The position numbers were made by a program, and so were the translations under genes. Positions 24,601 to 35,325 of a stretch of 64,000 nucleotides of DNA are shown in pieces. The stretch is taken from assembly GCA_964016885.1 (NCBI GenBank), contig OZ024740.1, positions 405,852,001-405,916,000 of the forward strand, given 5' to 3'. The stretch is from Eledone cirrhosa. Its lineage: Eukaryota. Position 1 is the first letter of the stretch. Each line of letters starts with the position of its first letter. The notes beneath the pieces were generated by a model. The model was not told the DNA's origin and searched no databases. It worked only from the letters and a program-made list of their open reading frames with translations.

Positions 24601-27600
24601 ATAAGATTAAAAATATATAGACACATTAGCTACTCCTCCCTCTTCTCTTCATTGTCCCACTCCCATTTCACTCCCAGAAGGGCCAAAACCACAACCCAGC
24701 ACCCAAATGACATAATGGTGTCAAACACAGCTCACTCTGTAGGGTGGTCATGCTGGTGCCATGACAGAAAGCATCAAGTCTACCCTGTAAAGTGATAGTG
24801 CTAGTACCATGACAAAAATCACCCGGTACATCTTGTAAGATGGTAGTGCTCGTACCATGACAAAAAGCACCCGGTACATCTTGTAAGATGGTAGTGCTCG
24901 TACCATGACAAAAAGCACCCGGTACATCTTGTAAGATGGTAGTGCTCGTACCATGACAAAAAGCACCCGGTACATCTTGTAAGATGGTAGTGCTCGTACC
25001 ATGACAAAAATCACCCGGTACATCTTGTAAGATGGTAGTGCTCGTACCATGACAAAAAGCACCCGGTACATCTTGTAAGATGGTAGTGCTCGTACCATGA
25101 CAAAAGGCACCCGGTACATCTTGTAAGATGGTAGTGCTCGTACCATGACAAAAGGCACCCGGTACATCTTGTAAGATGGTAGTGCTCGTACCATGACAAA
25201 AAGCACCCGGTACATCTTGTAAGATGGTAGTGCTCGTACCATGACAAAAAGCACCCGGTACATCTTGTAAGATGGTAGTGCTCGTACCATGACAAAAAGC
25301 ACCCGGTACATCTTGTAAGATGGTAGTGCTCGTACCATGACAAAAAGCACCCGGTACATCTTGTAAGATGGTAGTGCTCGTACCATGACAAAAATCACCC
25401 GGTACATCTTGTAAGATGGTAGTGCTCGTACCATGACAAAAAGCACCCGGTACATCTTGTAAGATGGTAGTGCTCGTACCATGACAAAAAGCACCCGGTA
25501 CATCTTATAAGATGGTTTGCTATGCTAGTGCTACGTAACAAATATAGAAACTATTTGTTTATACTATGGTTTTAATTACACTTATTACAATTTAACAGAG
25601 AAAATATAGAAAAAAAAACATCCAATAAAACTTGTTTAACTTTGACTTAATTGGATTGAACAATCATACAACATCCAACATAAATTGTTTTTAATCCAGA
25701 TCCATGTCCTGCTCTGGTGCTAAATTATAAAGGGGTTGGTGTGAGGAAGAATTAGCAGTGATAGAAACCATACCAAAAAGGGAACATACTAGAAAGATGT
25801 GGTCTCCTGACTTGTCTAGGAGGGCAATACCTCTGAATCATAACTGATTCAGGTTGTAACAACAGCATGGAAAGTAGACATGATGACAACAATAATGGTG
25901 GTGGTGATGGTGATAGTGATGATGATTTTCACTATGCAATCTCTTGTTAAGTGTTTATTTTACAGTTAAGAAACTATTTCTAGATTAATATAATAGGATT
26001 TGTATATAATAAAAGAACAATGAAGGTTATTCACCTAGCTGTGAATAATAATGATTGATTAAATAAAATAACACAATTCTTTTCACGGTTAATTAAATAC
26101 ATAATAGAATAGCAATTAGCCAAAGCTAACTAATAAAATATGCTGGTTGCATGTCTGATTCTAACTGCTTTTCATTCATTTTTTTCTGTATCTAATTCAT
26201 GTTTATATTTGTGACATTTTCACATCTAACAGTTTTGTCATAGAAATATAGAATACTAAGTTTTAAAAATAATCAAATTGACTTTGAAAGGATGAAAGGA
26301 AAAGTTGACCATGGTGGAACTTAAAGATCCAAATCAAATACTGCAATAGCATTTTAGCAAATGGTTTCTCAATTCAGTCAATCCACCAGCTCCATAATGA
26401 GAAAATTAGTTACATTACTAAATACTTCTGGATTATTTTTAAGATTATTTGAAAATCATAGGCAATGTCTGTCTTTCATTAGAAATATGGTAATGAAAGA
26501 GTTAAGATTATGGATTGGTGGAATTGTTAAAGAGTCAAACAAGGTGCTTTGTGCTATCTGATTAGGCTTTGTGCTATCTGAACTCTGAGTTCAAATCCTA
26601 CCTCCTTCTGCCAGGAGTTGGGACCATCAAATAGTATCAGCAATGGAAAAACCAATGGAAACAGTTCCCATTGGCTCCTTTACGAAAATTTGATAAAAAA
26701 TTTGTTTTTTATATGAATAAATTTTCTCCCTCTGAAACAATCTTTGTTTCATTTAATGTTTTATCAAAATTAAGGTGGTAGTGGTGGTAGGTACAGGTAT
26801 GGATTTCACTTCCTTTTTCCAACCCTAAAAGGCTGAAAGGTAAAGTTGACCTCAGCAGGATTTGAACAGTCATAACTAAATGCTGCAGGCAATTTGTTTG
26901 ACCCCATAACAATTCTACTAATCTACCATTCAATCTTGAAGGGTGGTGGTAGTGGTGAGGAATCTATGAAGAAAATTGTATGACTAGAAATAGAAATGTT
27001 CAATTCCTTACATTTTTGTCAAAACAAAATGACAATGTTTCAATTTTACATCATAACATTTTATTATAGAAAATATAGTATATAAACATACTTTAATTCT
27101 GTACTAAAAATATAAAATATTTTCAACGACATGATAAAATCTATCAAATGTCACTAATATATATAAGATATATGGTGTTTCTTGGGTATTTGAACTTGGA
27201 GCCCATCATCCCACACCAGCTGGGAACACAGCTGATTTCTTCCACTGAAAGTGAGAAAAAGATATAGATGAAAAATCAACCCCAGTACTAGACTGGTACT
27301 TTATTAACCTTGAAAGGTTAACAAAATTTGAACTCGAAGTACAGAGAACTGGAACAAATACTACAAAGCATTCTCTCCAACATTCTAGCAACTCTGCCAA
27401 TTCAACATCTAAGCTAAACTAATATCTAAATAAAATATCAGTCCAGGAAAACTGGTGGTGGTTTGTGTATGTAAAGATTATATAGCCATGTTCAGGAGTT
27501 TGTATTACATGAAGAAAATGGGATATTGATGCTTAAACATATTTAAATATACAAACTTCAATACATATATGTGTGTGTATAGGTTTTATACTTCTTTATT

Positions 27601-30600
27601 TTTATTTTGACATTTCATTTTTCTATTTGGCTACCAGCTCTTCCTCTTTGCCTTCATGTCCCTAATACCCTTGGCCTGTACTATTTGTATCTATTTAATA
27701 AAATTCCCAAACCATTTTTCTGAAGATAGATGGCAAAATGAATGTGGTTTTTTGCAGCTAATAGTATGGAGTTTCATAACTGCTATTGATCAATTAACAC
27801 ATTGATAAATGTGTGTGTGTGTGTGGGGGGGGGGCTGACTAAACCTTATCTTATTTGTTTCATTGTTCAACATAAATATATATATATATTGAAAAGATAA
27901 CAAGGACGATTGGTTACTCCTTCATTACATTTATTGGTTGGTGACGCGCATTTCGCCACTGATCAGCTCAAGATTCGATCTGTATCGATCTTACCCGACT
28001 CTGTATCCGCAGCTCGACAGACCCCTTAAAATGCTAGTAGAAAATGAATGTACTCATATATAGGTGCGACCTCCACTACGTTTAAGGAGCTATGGTATAA
28101 TCATAGAAGCTCCTTTAAACATAGGCTGAAATGATCCCAAACTTGACTGGCCGATTTGATCTGGGCCCTCAAGGACAGGAACATCGAATTCCAGATCATA
28201 TGGTCAGTCAAAAGACGCGTGGCCCAACTCCCCAGTGACAGAAACCACTGCAGGTTATGCCTGGCCGAGGCGGCTGAGATAATTAAATTAAAATCTGCTA
28301 TAAACTACAGGTCGGACATAATTATCAATTGTAGACACACCAGGTTGAACACCTCTGAACAAACATTCGGCCGAGGACCTCACACTAACCCAACATAATA
28401 ATAACCATCTTTGCCTTGTCTCACCGTCCCTCATCTCAGCGCATTTGTTTTATAACATGTAACCCTTTGTATATATCATGCCATATCCATCACCCCCACC
28501 AAAAGACACATGGCCATACACCCCTCATATTAGTACCATTGTGTTCTATCTGTCCTCTCTGTCAGGTTTTACCTTGTAATCCATTGTAGCATCCGATCCT
28601 GTAAATATAATGTCGATCATATCACCCCATCGCCACCACCGCCACACACATCGCTATGTCTACCATCCCACACCCACAACCTTGTTCCCCCATGTTCCCT
28701 GTCTGTTTTAACCTACAATCCTTCGTAAAATCCGATCCTGTAAATATACTGTCGCACACACCACCACCGCTAGATACAACTCCATACTTCAACAATCATT
28801 AACATCACCAACACATATCATCCCTCCCTCCCAGAACCACTGTGTTATACCTGCCCTCTCTGTCAGCTTTACCTTGTAAACCACCGTAACATCTGATCAT
28901 GTAAATATATTGTTGAACATATCACCCCATCGCCACCACCACCTCCACACACATCGCTATATGTTCACAACCTTGTTTTCCCCGTGTTCTCTGTCACTTT
29001 TTAACCTGTAACCCATCGTATAATTCGATCCTGTATATATATTTTGTCGCAACAACACCTCCACCGCCACCACAAGGCACATCTCCATACTTCAACAATC
29101 ATTAACATCATTAACATCGCCAACACATACCTTCCCTCCCTAAACAACGCAAGTGTGTGTTTCTGTGTGTAAGTATATTTATATGTACAACGCTATCTCC
29201 ATTGGCTCGCCCCCTCCCTCTATCTATGTACTACGCCATCTCCACTGACACTCCCCCTCTCTATATACACACACACATATATACGCATGTGTATGTATAT
29301 AACGTTTTTGTCAGACTAAGTGTCTAGGTATGAATTTCCTCATTGTATTTGATACCAACACATCCACCACACCACCATAAACAACACCACACCCACATCA
29401 CACACAAATATACGCCAATCTGTCTACCGACAATCCACCACCCCCACATCACAGTCCATCTCAGCCTGCGACCGTCACCACCCCCACACTACAGCCCATC
29501 TCAGCCTGCGACCGTCACTACCGTCTTATCACATCCACCCCCACACACAAAACAGGCGAAAACATGATCTATTCCACCAATCAAAACAATCCTTATTGAC
29601 CAACATATGAACTTCTAACTTTATCATATAGCATGTATTCATTTTCTACTAGCATTTTAAGGAGCCCGTCGAGCTGCGGATTATAGAGTTGGGTAAGATC
29701 GATACAGATCGAACCTTGAGTTGATCAGTGGCGAAACGCGCGTCACCAACCAATAAATGTAATGAAGGAGTAACCAATCGTCCTTGTTATCTTTTCAATA
29801 TAATTGTTTCTACTTTTGGCACAAGGCCAGCAAATACCCAGTGTATTACTGGTACTTTATTTTATCGACCTCGTAAGGATGAAAGGCAAAGTTAACCTAC
29901 ACCTCGACACAGAAGTGAACCTAAACATCGAGTGCTCACCCGGGTGAACCTACAGTAACTCCAAGTTACACTCCCTGGATATATATATATATATATATAT
30001 ATAATTATTAGGTGTGAATCGAAGTTGTAGCTGCCATATAGCAGGTACTAATTGAGTTGTTTGTGGCAACCACAAAGCACTCAATAGAGCGTTATGTTAA
30101 TACATTACCATCCAGACACCATGAAAAACAACCGAAGACAATGGTCATACATATACCACAACAACAATAAATATGGAAAGGTTGAAAAACGTACCTGGAC
30201 CATATCATATTGATTAAAATAAATATAATTAATTATTTTTACTTTTGGCACAAGGCCAGCAATTATCCTAGTGTATTACTGGTACTTTATTTTATCGACC
30301 CCGTAAGGATGAAAGGCAAAGTTAACCTCGGCGGGATTTGAACTCAGACCATAAAGAGCCGTAACTCTTTGCTGCAAAGCATGGCGTCAGACCCTCTACC
30401 GATACTACCTATCCTCAATATAATTAATGAAAATCTTAGATATATTTAAAATTTTTATTTTAAGTCCCTTCTCCATGCTCGCATGTCATGGATGAGCTGT
30501 CATAGTAAGAGACAAGATGAATTGGAAAACCATATCTTGTTCATATGTTCTATACTCTGACATAGTTTCTATGTCCTTCCTATCACCAAAATTAAGTCAA

Positions 30601-33600
30601 CAGACACACACATACATATATAATAATTTTTTTTTTGGTCCATGAAACAATATATGTTCATTCGTAAAAGGTGACCATCTGGTCAAGGTAATAATATGTG
30701 TATTACTTCATTCTCTGACTTTATTGGCATTGCCTATGATTAACACTATGTCATCAAAGACTGTTCTTTCTCCATAAAATCATCTTTGAAATACAAATAT
30801 AAAACTGATAATCTGTTGCTCAAAAATGTCTGGGCATGTGAAGGATTTTTTTAGATTATTGCCAATAAGATAAAATCCCTCACTTCGAAAAATTGGGCTA
30901 TATGATAATTTATCATGGAAATATATTTAGAATAGGTATACAATATATCTAATGTGGTAAAAGGGTTAGCAAGAGGAAGGGCATCTGGCCATAAAACATT
31001 ACTTCAGAAAGCGCCTCATGAATACAAAACCTCCCATGAAGTCTACAAAGCTTTAGCATGCCAAACAACTTTAAAATGCTTGTTGTTGTTGTGTAAGAAA
31101 TTTTAAAGATTAGAAAGAATTTTTCAGAAAGAAACTCACTCCCACATATTCCAACAAAAATATTACTTTAGTATCAGCTACCATAGGCTTCAATATTCAC
31201 TTGCTCTCGTGTTTCTTGTTATTGGAGAGAGAACAGGTGTAAACATTAAAAAGAAAAAGAAATCAATAAACTAATGCTGTTTACTCGAGAGAAGACTACG
31301 TTGGTATGGCCACGTGATGCGCATAAAAGACGACAACTGTATTAAAAAGTGCAGAGCGATCAAAATTGGCGAAAGTTACGGAGTAGGCAGACCCAGAAAA
31401 AAATGGGACGATTTGATAAATTCCGACCTTACACACTTACACCTCTCTAAGACAATGTCACTGGACCGAGATCTTTGGCGTTACGCAGTAATAGAGAAAA
31501 CCCGTCTTGCCTAAGTACGAAGGGAAAAATACAGTCAGTGAGCACGTCTTAATCAAATATACACACCCCTCTCACTACCCCAACAACAGCACCCCTTTCT
31601 CTGTTAAGTTATGTTGGTACCACAACATGCAGTCCTAAATAAATGAGGTCGTGTAGGTGTCACGACAAAAAAAACGCAGTCCACGCTGTAATGTGGCCGT
31701 GTACGTAACACGGTAAAAACCTCCCAGTCCACACTGTAAACGTGGTTGGTGTTAGGAAGGGTATCCAGCCGTAGAAACCCTGCCAGACAGTTCTATACGA
31801 TCGAGACGACCAATCTTGTCTCAAGTGGGACAATTCCCGTCTAAACCCATGCTAGCGTGGAGGATAGACGTTAAATGATGATGATAATGATGACGAATCC
31901 TGACCAAACAAATTCAACCATAAAATTTAACCTGTGTATAACATTTTTATTTAAATATGTTGTCTCTGGATAATTATCCACATAACATTCGTCTTGAATG
32001 GGAAAATATTATATATACTCGTGTATAAATCACACCAGTAGTTAAGGTACACTTCCATTTTACATACATTTACAATGTAGCATATATTTTGAATTAAGGT
32101 TTTGTAGGTTTAGTTGATAAGTTGCAGGTTGGTTTTTCACATTGCATTTTTATGGAGAAAGGTATAACTTATACACAAATAGCAGTAGCTTATTTGATTC
32201 TGAATAAAAATCTGCTAACTATAAATATGTTACTGTGAGGTGACTGCCAAACTTACATGACTTTTAATAGTTTGATTTCTTCCTGTAAGGTGGTCATACA
32301 TGTAACAGAACAAGACTCTCCCAGTTCACTCTGTATAGTGGTCATGCTGGTGGCACGACAAAAAGCGCCCAGTCAACCCTGTAAGGTGGTCGTAGTGGAG
32401 ACAATGAAAGTCTACCCTATTTAGATGGACGTTTCATGATGTGGCGTTAGAAACCAACCCAACATACAGATAGTCACCTGGCCTGGCTTCTCTCATAACG
32501 TGACAACTAGTCTAACCCATGCAAGCGTGGAAAATGGACGTAAAACGAAGATGTTGAACCTAATATGTTAATTAGGAAGGAGAGCACTAAATATGTTCTT
32601 AGAGCTGGCTGTTAATACCTGTGTTCATTATATTCTGGATTGGCAGTATCGGTAGAGGGTCGGACGTCATGCTTTGACGCATAGAGTTACGGCCCTTGCC
32701 ATTCTGAGTTCAAATCCCGCCGAGGTCAACTTTGCCTTTCATCCTTACGGGGTCGATAAATTAAAGTACCAGTAATGTACTGAGTATTTGCTGGCCTTGT
32801 GCCAAAAGTAGAAACATTATATTCCGCTTCTGTTACGGCCCTTTACGGTCTGAGTTCAAATCCCACCGAGGTTAACTTTGCCTTTCATCGTTACGGGGTC
32901 GATAAAATAAAGTACCAGTAATGCACCTAGTCAATTTAATCGACCCCCCCCCCCCAACACACACACACAATTTATTTGTGCCTAAATAAAAAAACATTAT
33001 ATTCCGATTCTTGAGTCATTAACAACTAGAATCAAAATAAAGCCACTAACTCGATAAATATAAAAAATAAATACATCCCAGTCGGTTTAAATGATGAATG
33101 TTCCAGTTGTTTTATCAACCGAATTGTCTACTCGTTCAATTAACGTGTAAGAGTATTCTCACAGGCACACCCTTAATACAATCTTCAGGAATGTTCAGCA
33201 GGAGACCGTGTGACAAGGCCGACCCTTTGAATTAGAAATACAGCCCATTCGATGAGCTTCCATTTTTACTGACAATATGAATTGACCCGAGGCTATGGTA
33301 AAAAGACAAGATGCCTCAAAGTAGAATTGAACCCAGAATCTAATGGTTATGAAGCTATCTTGACCACTCGACCATGCCCCACCTATTTTATTATATTAAT
33401 GTTGTTTTACATTACTACTTTATTTTTGTTTCGTGTGTGGGGTGGTAGTTTTGTAAAACAACAAATATTAAATTTTAAACTAGTTTGCATGTGTGTGTAT
33501 AGAGAGGGGGGGGGGTTATTATTTAGAGATCAACGTTTAAAGAGAAAAGTTAAGTCAATCAAGAATTAAAATATCTGAGGCTACAACTAAAACCATCACA

Positions 33601-34249
33601 CATTAGCAAATATCAAATCAATATTACCAGATAGATGGAATCGTCGAGTTAAATCTGATATCTGTTAGCCCTGTGTAACATTAAAATTAAAGTTTTCTCG
33701 ACACATTACAGATTTTTTTTTATCTACAGCAGTAATTGAACTCAGAACCTATTTACATCTAGGTCGACTGTGCAGTTTCGAGAGTTAAGAATCAAAACTT
33801 ATACAACGCAGTGCTGAAAACTGGATACGAACCACCGACCTCTCGATAGGATATTAGACCATCCGTCCGATCATTCTATCCGACCGGCTTTTCGAAGACA
33901 CCAAAACAACGACCCCCGTAGTTAAACGAAATTTCAAAATATTCTAAATGTACTGTTAATGCTTGACAAAACTTCACCGTGTTAAATCAACTTTATTATT
34001 ATAACTTTGAACATTTCTTTCATTACATATACGATGAATTCTACAATTGAAAAATGTAGATAGCAGACGAAGTTTTCTGTATTTAAATAAATATGTGAAA
34101 AAATGACTAAAATAATAAAAAAAATATTACTTACCCATACAGGGACAGTAGACAATATATCCACTTCGGTCAACTTTTAAAGACCAGCAGTGCCCTAAAA
34201 GTATTATCAACACTTGTAAACCAGTACTCAAAAAATCATGAAAACCCAT
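3422..34249 (-). CDS. POFUT1: GDP-fucose protein O-fucosyltransferase 1, 7 coding exons, 1137 nt / 378 aa (join complement 34135-34249, 19203-19318, 16968-17091, 8391-8562, 6977-7172, 5082-5309, 3422-3607)
   Basis: Hand-spliced ORF with GT-AG junctions and compatible phases. Carries GT65 motifs [48 protein letters not shown] and [11 protein letters not shown], an N-terminal hydrophobic signal and C-terminal HVEF. Confidence 0.97.
5082..5309 (-). CDS. POFUT1: POFUT1 exon 6 (KSACGHV...[10 protein letters not shown]...VFVATDD...MKQ)
   Basis: TTAG acceptor, GTAAAA donor, 76 codons, phase 0/0. Confidence 0.95.
6977..7172 (-). CDS. POFUT1: POFUT1 exon 5 ([19 protein letters not shown]...[10 protein letters not shown])
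   Basis: TACAG acceptor, GTTTGT donor, lies within ORF 6950-7342. Confidence 0.95.
8391..8562 (-). CDS. POFUT1: POFUT1 exon 4 (VFCYQAR...[17 protein letters not shown]...WLNR)
   Basis: TGCAG acceptor, GTAAGT donor, [12 protein letters not shown] motif. Not in the ORF track. Confidence 0.96.
9800..10642. repeat. 26-bp minisatellite, left arm (ATGTATGAYATGGTATTAGACAGTAY), about 32 units
   Basis: Direct reading; period 26 (TTAG at 9841, 9867, ...). Confidence 0.98.
10643..12056 (+). mobile_element. 5'-truncated RTE-clade LINE with intact RT ORF (10632-12044), inserted in the minisatellite
   Basis: RT motifs [40 protein letters not shown] and RRGRP. Stop runs into a (TAGA)n tail. TSD ATGTATGATAT at 10632-10642 and 12057-12067. 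Confidence 0.95.
12057..12995. repeat. 26-bp minisatellite, right arm, about 36 units
   Basis: Same unit as the left arm. A rare variant (TTATGTACGG) recurs 338 bp apart, which is 13 units. Confidence 0.98.
12995..13525 (+). repeat. Duplicated segment in the RTE 5' region (copies start at 12995 and 13401)
   Basis: GCTGTATTAGCGATAAATTTTCTAGGG...GGATATTTACCATGCG appears twice, 406 bp apart. Confidence 0.9.
12995..16881 (+). mobile_element. Near full-length RTE-clade LINE (5' UTR, APE endonuclease, RT with PHD finger), antisense in POFUT1 intron 3
   Basis: ORFs 13763-15910 and 15953-16882 are in the same frame. Motifs: [69 protein letters not shown]. Confidence 0.96.
13763..16882 (+). pseudogene. 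RTE EN-RT polyprotein, 1040 codons, one internal TAG at 15908-15910
   Basis: Reads GCP*ELLYADD. No frameshift or other stop in 3120 nt. Confidence 0.9.
16968..17091 (-). CDS. POFUT1: POFUT1 exon 3 ([41 protein letters not shown])
   Basis: Poly-T plus TAG acceptor, GTAAAC donor, YHRVI..E.FM..LA...WPP motif. Confidence 0.95.
17136..17466 (+). mobile_element. tRNA-derived SINE with CORE-like central domain and RTE-type 3' tail
   Basis: A/B-box-like head. CCTTGAGCAAGACACT...CCAGTTTACTCAGCTGTAGAAATGAG resembles the MIR/CORE domain. Tail GGTTGGTGTTAGGAAGGGCATCCAGC...(ATG)n. Confidence 0.75.
17880..18690 (-). mobile_element. Decayed copy of the PHD-bearing RTE family (3' part)
   Basis: ORF 18127-18420 ([16 protein letters not shown]...HGSETWAL) matches ORF 15953-16882. 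PHD remnant at about 18410-18580. Confidence 0.9.
19203..19318 (-). CDS. POFUT1: POFUT1 exon 2 ([12 protein letters not shown]...VVGS)
   Basis: Poly-T plus CAG acceptor, GTAAGT donor, RFGNQ motif. Confidence 0.96.
20013..20605 (-). mobile_element. Decayed RTE 3' fragment with (ATG)n tail
   Basis: [36 protein letters not shown]; tail at about 20013-20026. Confidence 0.88.
24170..24448 (+). mobile_element. SINE/RTE 3' tail fragment ending in (GAT)n
   Basis: Closely matches 17300-17415; CCCATGCTAGTATGG hairpin then a (GAT)n run. Confidence 0.8.
24792..25515. repeat. 48-bp minisatellite, about 15 near-identical units (GGTAGTGCTCGTACCATGACAAAAAGCACCCGGTACATCTTGTAAGAT)
   Basis: Direct reading. 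Confidence 0.98.
27888..29799 (+). mobile_element. 5'-truncated Penelope-like element with inverted pseudo-LTR
   Basis: About 162-bp inverted repeats at 27888-28049 and 29637-29799. 28051-28398 reads [24 protein letters not shown]...LIWALKD...IIWSV...CRLCLAE...[13 protein letters not shown], a GIY-YIG C-terminal half with two stops. Inserted in a TA-rich tract. Confidence 0.85.
28530..29135. repeat. About 300-bp tandem duplication inside the Penelope 3' region
   Basis: CCTCTCTGTCAG...CATATCACCCCATCGCCACCACC...CTCCATACTTCAACAATCATTAACATCA occurs near 28553 and 28854. Confidence 0.8.
30238..30415 (-). mobile_element. tRNA-derived SINE, second family (central GCCTTTCATCCTTACGGGGTCGATAAAATAAAGTACCAG)
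   Basis: B box GAGTTCAAATCC. Related copies near 4140, 6150, 7990, 8190-8345, 19540, 26820, 27280 and 29805. Confidence 0.8.
31287..31895 (+). mobile_element. 5'-truncated RTE 3' end with long 3' UTR and (ATG)n tail
   Basis: [22 protein letters not shown]...GRPRKKW matches the C-terminus of the 16882 ORF. Followed by hairpin modules and the tail shared with SINEs. Confidence 0.9.
32640..33000 (+). mobile_element. Two tandem copies of the same SINE family (one full, one 5'-truncated)
   Basis: Reverse complement of 30238-30415; GAGTTCAAATCCC B box occurs twice. Confidence 0.8.
34135..34249 (-). CDS. POFUT1: POFUT1 exon 1 ([39 protein letters not shown])
   Basis: ATG at 34249, signal-peptide-like stretch, YCPCMG motif, donor G|GTAAGT, phase 1. 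Not in the ORF track. Confidence 0.93.
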
Positions 34250-34900
34250 GCCGTTCTGTGATATAATTTTCGTTTCAAATTAATTCAATAATAAGAGTGA
34301 ATATATACATAAATAACTAAGAAGAAAAACAAACTAAAATTGCGGCAATAAATAAATAATTATTTTCGAGTTTTTGGTTATAATTATACGTAATACAGCT
34401 TGCGCGTTGAAATAATTCTAGACTGGTTGCACAGTCAGCTGCAATTTAAGTAAAAATCCATCGCGTAAACGATATAAAAAATACGTAATCAAGGGGGTTA
34501 ATTAGTTTTGTAAAAATTTATCGGAGTATTTAAATATATCTGATAAACGAGCGGAGATACATAATTCCTACCTACTACTTGAAATTAGTTTATTAAAAAT
34601 GGCTGGATATTGTGAATTGTTGTGATCAAGGGAAACAACTCTGATGTAAATAAATAAATCAAGACCACGTAATTAGTGCAGCCAAATATTTTACTGACCA
34701 TTAAAAATGCTTGGCGGTGTCCAGCTCCTCTCTAAAGTGACCAGCCCCTCAGTAAATTTAGTCTGCAAACATAAGCAGTTATCGGAGTGTGGTTGAAAGA
34801 ATGTCCCGGAGCTAAAAGTGAGAGTCGTGTGAGAACCGGTGTACGATGCCAAACATTGAGGTATTCTTTCTAGCTGAACACCACGGTTTCGAGATAATGT
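34250..34900. promoter_or_regulatory. Probable POFUT1 promoter / 5' region
   Basis: Immediately upstream of the ATG. CpG dinucleotides are visibly retained here (GCGCG, TCGCG, TACG) relative to the introns. Confidence 0.55.
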
Positions 34901-34915
34901 TTATTCAAATTTTGG

Positions 34916-35140
34916 ATAACGTTTATTCGAACGACTTCACTCTATTTTCAAAGAGAAATTAAATAATGCTATATCCAGTATTGGAATGACGTTTCTTCAA
35001 GTGACTTCACTATATTTTCATGGGAATTAGATATATATAGTGTTGAAAATGACGTTTCTTCAAGTGACCTCACTATATTTTCAAAGTAACATTAGATAAT
35101 GCTTTGTCCAGTATCAAAATAACTTTTCCTCAAGTGACTT
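34916..35140. repeat. Four degenerate 63-70-bp tandem repeats (TGACGTTTCTTCAAGTGACTTCACTATATTTTCA core)
   Basis: Cores at about 34917, 34987, 35050 and 35120. Confidence 0.75.
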
Positions 35141-35325
35141 TATAGCTGGTTAAATATGATATTTTGTTGTGACTAAGTGTTCACTAAATGTAACAGGATT
35201 TTAATTTGTGTTGGTCAGTGATTGATTGTCGTGTGGCGGGAATTTATTGCAGTTTAGCTTGATGAGTGAATTTATAAATTGCTTTTTCACATATAGAGTG
35301 TTGTGTGTAGCTCTTGGAGATCCGA

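Noticed and set aside
24748-25503. 251-aa ORF ([16 protein letters not shown])n
   Set aside because: Translation of a 48-bp tandem repeat inside an intron.
33815-33892. tRNA-like sequence on the minus strand (GGTTCGTATCC)
   Set aside because: No convincing acceptor stem or cloverleaf; at best a decayed SINE head.
33982-34173. 63-aa ORF overlapping POFUT1 exon 1
   Set aside because: Wrong frame. The true exon frame gives YCPCMG and splices at 34135.
34707-34859. Short frame with three in-frame TGA codons (selenoprotein idea)
   Set aside because: No recognisable selenoprotein motif or SECIS; consistent with non-coding sequence.
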